A stretch of 64,000 nt of DNA from Cyclobacteriaceae bacterium. Lineage in GTDB: Bacteria > Bacteroidota > Bacteroidia > Cytophagales > Cyclobacteriaceae. The position numbers were made by a program, and so were the translations under genes. The notes under the pieces are model-generated. The model saw nothing but the letters and a program-made list of their open reading frames with translations, searched no databases and was not told where the DNA came from. The stretch lies in contig DATGQD010000062.1 in the NCBI GenBank assembly GCA_035304385.1, forward strand, positions 22,119-86,118, given 5' to 3'. Below are positions 1 to 7,757 of the stretch, in pieces (position 1 is the stretch's first letter; each line of letters opens with the position of its first letter).

Positions 1-2
1 CC

Positions 3-1628
3 GACTTCAATGTTGGTACCGCTGGAATTTCCGCCGACGGCCAAAGGATGCTCATCTTTATGGGGGGCGCCAGCGACCCCGGGAGTATATTCGTGATCGA
101 GCGCAGCGGTGAGAGCTGGTCGAAACCCTCGGTGGTTGCCAACACACTTAACACGCCTAAATACCTGGAGTCGACCGCAAGCATCACGCCCGATGGCAAG
201 ACGATCTATTTTGCCAGCGATAGAATTGGTGGTCATGGCGGACTCGACATCTATCGCATCGAGAGGAAAAGCGATGGCACGTGGACAGCGCCGATAAACC
301 TGGGACCCGAGGTGAATACGGCTGCCAATGAAGACGCGCCTTTTATTCACCCCGACCAGCAAACCTTGTTCTTTACCAGCGACGGCCCGCGCAGCATGGG
401 TGGCCGTGACATCTTCAAGACGATGTTGGTAAATGGTAAATGGACGCGGCCGGAAAATATGGGCTACCCGGTGAACACAACGGCGAACGACAACTATTTC
501 ACCCTGATCGCTGACGGTACACGGGGTTATTTTTCATCCGATCGCAAAGGCGGACAGGGCGGTCAGGATATTTACTTCATCGACATGCCCGAGGAATCGC
601 GTAATATTCCGCTTACGATGCTGAAAGGAAAAATCCTGAATGCAGAGACGGGTAAACCACTTCCCACAACTATATATGTTATCGACAACGAAACCAACAA
701 GCGCCTGGATTTCGTCTATAACCCGGATCCGGAAACCGGTAACTACCTTGTTATTCTTCCGCCCGCGAAGAACTACGATATCATCGTCGAATCGGAAGGG
801 TTTCTTCCGTATACGCTCAATATTCACATCCCCAACCAGTCGTACTTCTACGAACTGTTCCAACAGATCAGCCTGAAGACGATCAAGCAATTCGACGTGG
901 TCGTCGGCCAGGAAGTTTCAGTGAAGAACGCATTTTACGATACGAACCAGGATGTAAAGGCAAGCCTCCGAAAAAACCACGAAGCCAAGCTCGTTCAGGA
1001 CGGCAACGTGGATGTGTATGATATGATGATCGACCTGATGGCGGCTGGCGACCAGGAGGGCATCGACTATCTCGTTGAATTGATCCAGATGCAGAACAGC
1101 ATCGATGATATCAATTTCAACGAGGAAGAGAACTCTAAACTTCAGGTGGCGACGCGCACGTACTACTACGATGAAAGCGATGAGAGTAAGTTTGAAAAGA
1201 AGGTAGTCCAGGGCAAAGAGATCTTCTCGTTGCCCACGTTCCGCGTAACCGAGGAGGCTGCCAAAGTGAAGGAGAAGCCTGCGGCCTACGACAAGGCGTT
1301 GCTGAACAAGATGGTCAAGGTATACTTCGATGCCGGCAAGAGCGATCTTAAGACGCAATACCATCCTGAGCTGGACAAGCTGCTCGAAATACTAAAGACT
1401 AATCCCGCCCTGGGTGTCGAGATCTCCGGTTTCGCTTCCGCGGAAGGCTCCGAAGAGTTCAACCGTGAGATTTCCAATAAACGTGCGATCACGGTTTTGG
1501 ATTATGTTAATCATCGTGGCATTGTCCGGCGACGTATCGTTGCCAAGGGCTACGGTGCGACAGACCAGGCGCAATCTAAAGAAGAGGGTCGCCGCGTAGA
1601 AGTACGCATCGTCGATGTTGCCCGTTAA
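3..1628 (+). CDS. OmpA family outer-membrane protein with PD40/TolB-like beta-propeller repeats (5' end outside window)
   Basis: Frame is open from the window edge (DFNVGTAGISADGQRMLIF...), so the ATG at 48 is not the start. Repeated PD40-like motifs are present (TPDGKTIYFASDR, GGxDIY). The C-terminus is an OmpA-like domain (VYFDAGKSDL...NKRAITVLDYV...AKGYG...RRVEVRIV). Confidence 0.85.
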   Translation, partial: DFNVGTAGISADGQRMLIFMGGASDPGSIFVIERSGESWSKPSVVANTLNTPKYLESTASITPDGKTIYFASDRIGGHGGLDIYRIERKSDGTWTAPINLGPEVNTAANEDAPFIHPDQQTLFFTSDGPRSMGGRDIFKTMLVNGKWTRPENMGYPVNTTANDNYFTLIADGTRGYFSSDRKGGQGGQDIYFIDMPEESRNIPLTMLKGKILNAETGKPLPTTIYVIDNETNKRLDFVYNPDPETGNYLVILPPAKNYDIIVESEGFLPYTLNIHIPNQSYFYELFQQISLKTIKQFDVVVGQEVSVKNAFYDTNQDVKASLRKNHEAKLVQDGNVDVYDMMIDLMAAGDQEGIDYLVELIQMQNSIDDINFNEEENSKLQVATRTYYYDESDESKFEKKVVQGKEIFSLPTFRVTEEAAKVKEKPAAYDKALLNKMVKVYFDAGKSDLKTQYHPELDKLLEILKTNPALGVEISGFASAEGSEEFNREISNKRAITVLDYVNHRGIVRRRIVAKGYGATDQAQSKEEGRRVEVRIVDVAR

Positions 1629-1631
1629 CCT

Positions 1632-2816
1632 TCAGGGAAGGAGCAGCGAGCTGTCTCCAAAGCTGAGGAAACGGTAGTCGCGCGCCAGCGCCTGAGCATA
1701 CACTTTCTTCCAGTCTGCGCCGATGAACGCTGCGATCAACAGCAGCAGGGTCGACCCTGGCTGGTGAAAGTTTGTGATCAATCCACGACATACTCGGAAG
1801 GTGTAGCCGGGCACGATGTAGATCGACGTTTGTCCGTGAAGCACATCGATGCCTTGTTCATCCATGTGCCGCAGTATGCGCGCAATGGCATCACGGGCAG
1901 GCGGACCGCCGGGACGGCAGTGTTTGTCGACATCCTGACCGATAACAAACGGTATATCGTTCCGCTCCATCAGCTCAACTCCATACCAGTAAAGACTTTC
2001 CAGCGTGCGCATGGAGGTCGTTCCTACAGCGACGGCTGTCTTCCCTTCTACAAGATGCTCAAGGGTATGCCGGTGTACGGCCACATGTTCGGCGTGCATC
2101 ACGTGTTGTGCAGCGTCTTCATGCTTGACGGGAAGAAATGTGCCTGCACTCACGTGCAATGTGAGGAAGTCGAAAGTAAAGCCGTCGGCTTTGAGGCTTT
2201 CGAATACGTCTTTTGTGAAATGCAGTCCGGCGGTAGGCGCCGCTACTGCGCCTTCGGTGCGCGAATACACAGTTTGATACCGCTGGCGGTCGGCTAGCTC
2301 GGCGTCACGACGAAGGTAGGGGGGAAGCGGCATGACACCTGCGCTGTCGAGAATCGCAGCAAAGTTGAGGCCGCCTGTCCAGCGAAATTCTACCAGGCCG
2401 TTCTCCCTGTGCACGAGGCGTGCTTCAAGCGTATTATCGCCGCACTGAAGCGTGAGCGCCAGGCCGGCGGTCCAGCGTTTGAGGTTACCAATCGTACACC
2501 GCCATGTGCAGGATTCCCGCGCGCCCATTACGTGCGCGATGGCTCCCGATGGTGCTATGGGGTCGAGCAGCAGAACTTCTATTTTTGCACCGGACGGTTT
2601 TGCAAAAAACAAACGGGCGGGAATCACCTTTGTGTCGTTGAGAAAGAGTATGCTTCCCGGGGGCAGGTGTTCGCCTACGCGATTGAAGACCGTGTGTTCA
2701 ATCTGTCCCTGACGGTATACGAGAAGCTTCGACCGGTCGCGCTGCGGCAACGGATACCGCGCGATCCGATCATCAGCAAGTTCATACGTATAGTCGCGAA
2801 TGCTAACCGTTTTCAT
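1632..2816 (-). CDS. queA: S-adenosylmethionine:tRNA ribosyltransferase-isomerase
   Basis: 394-aa ORF. N-terminus is MKTVSIRDYTYELADDRIARYPLPQRDRSKLLVY. Internal GTTSMRTLES and ITNFHQPGSTLLLL motifs are typical of QueA. Confidence 0.9.
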   Translation of the reverse strand: MKTVSIRDYTYELADDRIARYPLPQRDRSKLLVYRQGQIEHTVFNRVGEHLPPGSILFLNDTKVIPARLFFAKPSGAKIEVLLLDPIAPSGAIAHVMGARESCTWRCTIGNLKRWTAGLALTLQCGDNTLEARLVHRENGLVEFRWTGGLNFAAILDSAGVMPLPPYLRRDAELADRQRYQTVYSRTEGAVAAPTAGLHFTKDVFESLKADGFTFDFLTLHVSAGTFLPVKHEDAAQHVMHAEHVAVHRHTLEHLVEGKTAVAVGTTSMRTLESLYWYGVELMERNDIPFVIGQDVDKHCRPGGPPARDAIARILRHMDEQGIDVLHGQTSIYIVPGYTFRVCRGLITNFHQPGSTLLLLIAAFIGADWKKVYAQALARDYRFLSFGDSSLLLP

Positions 2817-2883
2817 CCTTCCACCCCCGCGAATTTATGACATTCTATACACCGCACCATCCCTATAAATCCTTACTAGTTTG

Positions 2884-3099
2884 CTAATCTCACTAATCCT
2901 CCTCATCCTAATCAAAATCCTTCCCATCCTTCCCATCCTTCCCATCCTTCTCATCCTCCCATCCTCCCTAATCCTACTAATCCTACTAATCCTACCTAAT
3001 CTTACTCATCCAACTAATCCTACTATTCCTAATCATCCAACCTATCCTACTAATCCTCCCCATCCTATCCTATATATCCTTTCAATCCTAAGAATCCTA
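2884..3099. repeat. 9-nt-periodic NNNNNATCC tandem array, G-free on the + strand
   Basis: Units include ttcccatcc x3 and tactaatcc x3 plus variants, about 23 units in all. There is no G between 2884 and 3091 (checked base by base). The array fills the divergent queA-menC spacer. Confidence 0.85.
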
Positions 3100-3114
3100 A
3101 TGTATTATTGGAGT

Positions 3115-4161
3115 ATGCTCTCCGCAACCCTATTTTCCAGGACCTTTACATTTGGTTTTGATGCGCGTACATCGCGGGGGCCTATGCGCGATAAGAAGTC
3201 GTGGTTCATCCGGTTATTCGACACGCCGGACGTTGTCGGGGTGGGAGAGTGCGGCCCGCTGCCCGGACTGAGCGTCGACGATGTCCCCGATTTCGAGGAA
3301 GTACTTTCGGACGTCATAAAAAAGGTGCAAGGGCAGGAGGTTCCGGCAGAACCGGAGGAATGGGTTGCGCGTATTGTGCCTTCGGGTTTTCCTGCGATAA
3401 CATTCGGCCTGGAAACGGCAGTGCTGGACCTTATTCATGGTGGCCGGCGATTGATTTTCGATAGCGACTTCAGCAGGGGTGTGCCCATCCCGATTAATGG
3501 CCTTGTATGGATGAGTGATGTAGCGTCGATGCTGGAGCAGGCCAGCCAGTTGGTGAAGCGCGGGTTCACATGTATTAAGATCAAAGTTGGGGGTTGCGAC
3601 TTCGAAGAAGAGTACCGCATGTTGCGCGCGTTCCGGGAGCGCTTCAGCGAGAGCAATATCACCTTACGACTCGATGCTAATGGCGCATTTTCTCCGGAGG
3701 AGGCGTTGGCTAAGCTCGATCGCCTGGCGGAGTTCGGCGTTCATTCTATCGAGCAACCGGTAAAAGCTGGTTCGGCCGGGCTGGCTGACATTTGCAGGTC
3801 GTCGCCGATTCCCATCGCACTGGATGAAGAACTTATAGGTAAAGAGCAGGAGAAGGGAGCCCTTTTGGACAAGATCAAGCCTGGCTTCATTGTGTTAAAG
3901 CCCACCTTGCATGGGGGATTATTGCATTGTCGCCAATGGATCGGGGAAGCGGAACACCGCGGAATCGGCTGGTGGATCACTTCGGCCCTCGAGTCGAGCA
4001 TCGGGCTGAATGCTATCGCTCAGTTTGTTGCTATGTTCAATCCCGCTGTTCCCCAGGGATTGGGAACGGGCTCGATCTACACGAACAATATCGCGTCGCC
4101 GCTTAAAGTGGTGGGCGGAAGCCTCATGTCGCATCCCCACGGCGCGTGGGAAGGCCTGTGA
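3115..4161 (+). CDS. menC: o-succinylbenzoate synthase-like enzyme (enolase superfamily, MLE subgroup)
   Basis: Catalytic KxK (CIKIKVG), metal ligands (RLDANGAF, IEQP, ALDEEL) and second Lys (VLKPTLHGG) are present. The track start at 2881 translates the repeat array. The realistic start is ATG 3115 (MLSATLF...) or ATG 3100. Confidence 0.7.
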   Translation: MLSATLFSRTFTFGFDARTSRGPMRDKKSWFIRLFDTPDVVGVGECGPLPGLSVDDVPDFEEVLSDVIKKVQGQEVPAEPEEWVARIVPSGFPAITFGLETAVLDLIHGGRRLIFDSDFSRGVPIPINGLVWMSDVASMLEQASQLVKRGFTCIKIKVGGCDFEEEYRMLRAFRERFSESNITLRLDANGAFSPEEALAKLDRLAEFGVHSIEQPVKAGSAGLADICRSSPIPIALDEELIGKEQEKGALLDKIKPGFIVLKPTLHGGLLHCRQWIGEAEHRGIGWWITSALESSIGLNAIAQFVAMFNPAVPQGLGTGSIYTNNIASPLKVVGGSLMSHPHGAWEGL

Positions 4162-4950
4162 TCAAGACTTCTTATTGTTGCGGTGTGCCTTCGTGATCTG
4201 TTCCCTGAGAATGCGCGAAGGCTTCATCCGTGTTACCTTGTAGTTGCGGATAACATATTCCTGAACATACTGGCTGGCTTCGTTGATGTCGTCGGTGATG
4301 AGAACGAGTTTCAGGTCTTTTTCGTCGATCGTGCCGTGCTCAACCATTTGCTGCAATTGTTCGGCGAGCGGTTCATAGTATTTTTTCCCGATAAGGACAA
4401 CCGGAAAGTCTTTGATGATACCGGTTTGTATCAGCGTGAGGATTTCAAAGAACTCGTCCATGGTGCCCAGCCCGCCGGGCATGACGACAAAAGCGAACGA
4501 ATACTTGACAAGCAAGACTTTGCGTACAAAGAAGTACCGCATGTTGACCCATCGGTGCATGTAGGGATTGGGTTGTTGTTCGTGCGGCAACTCGATGTTA
4601 CAGCCAATAGAAATGCCACCATTTTCCCATGCACCCCGGTTTGCGGCTTCCATAATGCCGGGGCCACCCCCTGTCAGTACCGTTACGCCGGATTCAGCAA
4701 GTTTCTTTCCCACTTCATAGGCCTTCTTATAGTAGGGATGATCTTCTTTGAATCGGGCTGAGCCAAAGATGGTAATGCACGGTCCTACAAAATGCAGCAT
4801 CCGGAAGCCTCTGATGAAATCCCGAAGTACGCGGATGACGAAGAAGAACTCGAACATGCGCGTACGGGGACCTTCCAAAAAGACTTCTTCGTCTTTGGGT
4901 CGAAGGGTTAGGGGCTTATAATCGGGGCGGATAGGCTTTATCGTTGACAT
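4162..4950 (-). CDS. LOG family / TIGR00730-type Rossmann-fold nucleotide-binding protein
   Basis: GGGPGIMEAANRGA and PGGLGTMDEFFE motifs are characteristic of LOG (cytokinin riboside 5'-monophosphate phosphoribohydrolase-like) proteins. Confidence 0.85.
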   Translation of the reverse strand: MSTIKPIRPDYKPLTLRPKDEEVFLEGPRTRMFEFFFVIRVLRDFIRGFRMLHFVGPCITIFGSARFKEDHPYYKKAYEVGKKLAESGVTVLTGGGPGIMEAANRGAWENGGISIGCNIELPHEQQPNPYMHRWVNMRYFFVRKVLLVKYSFAFVVMPGGLGTMDEFFEILTLIQTGIIKDFPVVLIGKKYYEPLAEQLQQMVEHGTIDEKDLKLVLITDDINEASQYVQEYVIRNYKVTRMKPSRILREQITKAHRNNKKS

Positions 4951-5052
4951 TAGTTAAATCTTGACTGTTACATGTGCCGGTCCGTTTGAATTAAGTTGAC
5001 TCCGATGCCGGCGGTGAAGGGGCAAAATTACTATTTTAGCCTTTCTTCACAC

Positions 5053-5433
5053 ATGCTTCAAAAACTCTTATATCTCGGTGCGCGATTTATTGCTGCGCTG
5101 ATCCTGTTCCAGACGCTGTACTTTAAGTTTGGTGCGTTTCCCGAATCCGTTTACATTTTCACGAAAGTTGGGATGGAACCCTGGGGGCGCATTGGCGTGG
5201 GCGTCGCAGAGTTGCTGGCTACGGTGTTGTTGTTGCTGAATCGCACCGCGTGGTTGGGCGCGGGGCTGGCGCTAGGCTTGATGATAGGCGCCATCGCGAT
5301 GCATCTCACGCGGTTAGGCATCGAAGTGCAGGGTGATGGCGGTTATCTTTTTATCCTGGCGTGGGTGGTCGCGTTGTGCTCAGGCTATGTGCTGGTGATC
5401 GATCGCCACAGGTTTTTAGTTGGTCGCGGATGA
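5053..5433 (+). CDS. DoxX family membrane protein
   Basis: Small, very hydrophobic protein with about 4 TM segments and DoxX-like composition. The track start is TTG 4996; ATG 5053 (MLQKLLYLGARF...) is more plausible. Confidence 0.75.
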   Translation: MLQKLLYLGARFIAALILFQTLYFKFGAFPESVYIFTKVGMEPWGRIGVGVAELLATVLLLLNRTAWLGAGLALGLMIGAIAMHLTRLGIEVQGDGGYLFILAWVVALCSGYVLVIDRHRFLVGRG

Positions 5434-5441
5434 GCCGGGCG

Positions 5442-6224
5442 CTACTGCCCGAGCGAATTGATTGCCTGATCAAGCGGATCGGCAAGCGCAGGTTTGTCGC
5501 CGACTGCATCTTTTAAACCCTGGATAACGAAGTTGGGAACCTTTTCGCCGCGGCTAACGCGGTTCTGGATGTCGGCCACCATCTCAAGCGCGGTTTCGCG
5601 GTTCTCAAAGTTGCCCTCTTTTTTTATTGCTGTTTCCAATTCCTTCCAGAGTGTGAGGGCGGATTTTGTTTCGGTACGAACCTTTATCACCTGTTTGACA
5701 TTCTGTGTACGCTGTGCAATGCACGCATTGTAGCCGTCGATGATAGCATCGATGTCCGATTTCTTCAGTACACCCCTGTCGATCTGAGCGCTGACATCGG
5801 AACAATCGGCGAGAAATTCCGTCATTTGTTTCTTAAAGCCAATATTGGGAAGTTCTATCCCATTGCCATCCGCTTTCCGTAGAAAGGTGCCGCTGAAAAC
5901 GCTGGAGCCTTCCGGTTGGAAACGATACAGGCTTAGATATCCGGGCTTCACCAGTTGCATGAAAGTGTATCCGGACGGACCCTTGACGGGGTGGTAGGTT
6001 ACGCCATCAATGGCGAACAGCTTCGTCTGTGTGATGCTGTAGACTTCCTTTCCGTCGTCCGTTCTAACCTGCACCTTTTTCTCAGGTCCAAACATTAGCG
6101 GGCGGATATCACCGCGCAGCGTATCGGATGTGGTGGTCACAAAGTAATCCTGACCCCAAACGACCTGGCAAATGAGGATCAGGATGATGACGAGAAGCAT
6201 GTGTACGATAGCTAAGCTTTTCAT
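5442..6224 (-). CDS. hypothetical secreted protein
   Basis: Long ORF with a signal-peptide-like N-terminus from ATG 6224 (MKSLAIVHMLLVIILILICQVVWGQ). I recognise no family motif. Confidence 0.6.
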   Translation of the reverse strand: MKSLAIVHMLLVIILILICQVVWGQDYFVTTTSDTLRGDIRPLMFGPEKKVQVRTDDGKEVYSITQTKLFAIDGVTYHPVKGPSGYTFMQLVKPGYLSLYRFQPEGSSVFSGTFLRKADGNGIELPNIGFKKQMTEFLADCSDVSAQIDRGVLKKSDIDAIIDGYNACIAQRTQNVKQVIKVRTETKSALTLWKELETAIKKEGNFENRETALEMVADIQNRVSRGEKVPNFVIQGLKDAVGDKPALADPLDQAINSLGQ

Positions 6225-6300
6225 GAGGTAGAAATTCATCGCGATGAGGTCCAAATTAATTCATACGTTGCCCGGCTCCAAATGTCGCTAGCGATTGAGT

Positions 6301-6456
6301 TCACTTCGACTTAAGTCGTCCGGCTTCCCGTAACGCTTTGGTGATCAGCCACTCCAGCTGTCCATTGGTGCTTCGAAACTCGTCCGCGGCCCACTTTTCC
6401 ACCGCTTTCAACAACTCAGGATCAATGCGAAGTACAAATGGTTTTTTCTGTGCCAT
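6301..6456 (-). CDS. Arc/MetJ-type ribbon-helix-helix DNA-binding protein (51 aa, absent from ORF track)
   Basis: Hand translation gives MAQKKPFVLRIDPELLKAVEKWAADEFRSTNGQLEWLITKALREAGRLKSK*. It has a beta-strand (PFVLRI) followed by two helices, typical of the Arc family. It lies 37 nt downstream of the SPFH gene on the same strand. Confidence 0.75.
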   Translation of the reverse strand: MAQKKPFVLRIDPELLKAVEKWAADEFRSTNGQLEWLITKALREAGRLKSK

Positions 6457-6492
6457 TTAAAAAAATCCTTCCTTTTATGCCGGCCCCACAGG

Positions 6493-7344
6493 CTAGTTGT
6501 GCAATGTTCCGGTATTTACAACCGGCGTTGCATCTTTATCGCCACAGAGGACCACCATTAGATTACTAACCATGGCCGCCTTACGTTCTTCGTCAAGGTC
6601 GACGATCTTTTCCCGACTCAAATGGTCCAAAGCCATCTGCACCATGCTCACCGCGCCTTCCACGATTTTATACCGCGCTGCCACCACCGCCGTGGCCTGT
6701 TGTCGTCTCAACATGGCGCCTGCAATCTCGGGCGCATAGGCCAGGTATCCAATACGGGCTTCCACTACCTTGATTCCGGCAATATCCAGCCGGTTGCTCA
6801 GGTTTTCTTCCAGGGCGCTGTTCACCTCTTCATAACCTGAGCGCAAGGTTATTTCCGACTCCTCGTCGAAGTTGTCGTACGGATACATTCCCGCGAGGCG
6901 GCGTACCGCGGCGTCGCTCTGAATGCGAACGAAATTTTCGTAGTTGTCAACTTCGAAGGCGGCTTTGAAGGTGTCTTCAACCTGCCATACCAGGATGACG
7001 CCGATCTGGATCGGATTGCCCACCTTGTCGTTTACCTTGATTTTCTCGCTGTCGAAGTTCCTCGCCCTAAGGGATATGGCGCGCTTTGAGAAGAAGGGGT
7101 TCACCCAGTAGAAGCCATTCTTCTTTACCGTCCCCTTGTAGTCCCCAAAGAGTACAAGTACCCGCGAGGAGTTCGGGTTGACATAAAAGAATCCCGGCAA
7201 CAACAAGACGGATAGTAATAATAGTAAACCGACCCATTGGACCGGGCTCGAGACGATGAGGACGATCGCGAGTACAAACGCAAACAGTATGGTCATAAGC
7301 ATTACATACCCCGACACCGGCGCATAATCTTTTTCCTGGCTCAT
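6493..7344 (-). CDS. SPFH/band 7 domain protein
   Basis: N-terminal TM hairpin followed by an SPFH-like domain (FYWVNPFFSKRAISLRARNFDSEKIKVNDKVGNPIQIG...). Confidence 0.9.
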   Translation of the reverse strand: MSQEKDYAPVSGYVMLMTILFAFVLAIVLIVSSPVQWVGLLLLLSVLLLPGFFYVNPNSSRVLVLFGDYKGTVKKNGFYWVNPFFSKRAISLRARNFDSEKIKVNDKVGNPIQIGVILVWQVEDTFKAAFEVDNYENFVRIQSDAAVRRLAGMYPYDNFDEESEITLRSGYEEVNSALEENLSNRLDIAGIKVVEARIGYLAYAPEIAGAMLRRQQATAVVAARYKIVEGAVSMVQMALDHLSREKIVDLDEERKAAMVSNLMVVLCGDKDATPVVNTGTLHN

Positions 7345-7355
7345 AGCTTTATAGT

Positions 7356-7385
7356 TGATATCGTTTTGATATCATAAAGATATTA
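7356..7385. promoter_or_regulatory. palindrome TGATATC-N5-GATATCA plus a third GATAT half-site, candidate operator of the SPFH/Arc operon
   Basis: Arms at 7356-7362 and 7368-7374 are exact reverse complements, with agatatt at 7379-7385. The site is 12-40 nt upstream of the SPFH start codon. Confidence 0.35.
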
Positions 7386-7491
7386 AAACAAATCATACGA
7401 CCAAAAAAAATTTTCGTACAGGCGTTTTTTCCCGCAACCTGAAACGGTTTGGCCCGTTTCCGATATGGAATCACATCATTGAGCGAAGGTG

Positions 7492-7623
7492 CTAACCGAG
7501 GATAAGGCTGAACACAAAGTAGAGGAAGATGAGAAGGACGAGCACACCATACATCGCCAGGTCGACACGGACATAGGGCCTGTACTGCCGGTAGAGTTCT
7601 TTCAGTCGCTTGAACACATCCAC
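7492..7623 (-). CDS. possible 43-aa membrane peptide (GTG start)
   Basis: Hand translation gives VDVFKRLKELYRQYRPYVRVDLAMYGVLVLLIFLYFVFSLILG*, with one clear TM helix. An in-frame TAA lies two codons upstream of the GTG start. There is no other support. Confidence 0.2.
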   Translation of the reverse strand: MDVFKRLKELYRQYRPYVRVDLAMYGVLVLLIFLYFVFSLILG

Positions 7624-7757
7624 AGAAATTTACGCGAAGGTAACGATTCTTTTTCTGGGTCGAAAAATCATAAGCGTAGCCCGCTTACGTTATTAAGCTT
7701 TATTTATGTGGCGGTTAGAGCCGATCGCTCAAATGGTGAAACAGATAATTGGCAAGT

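Noticed and set aside
2881-3114. N-terminal 78 codons of the 426-aa track ORF (MLISLILLILIKILPILPILPILLILP...)
   Set aside because: This is simply the translation of the G-free nonamer array. It has low-complexity Leu/Ile/Pro/Thr/Asn content. The enolase-superfamily domain begins right after ATG 3115.
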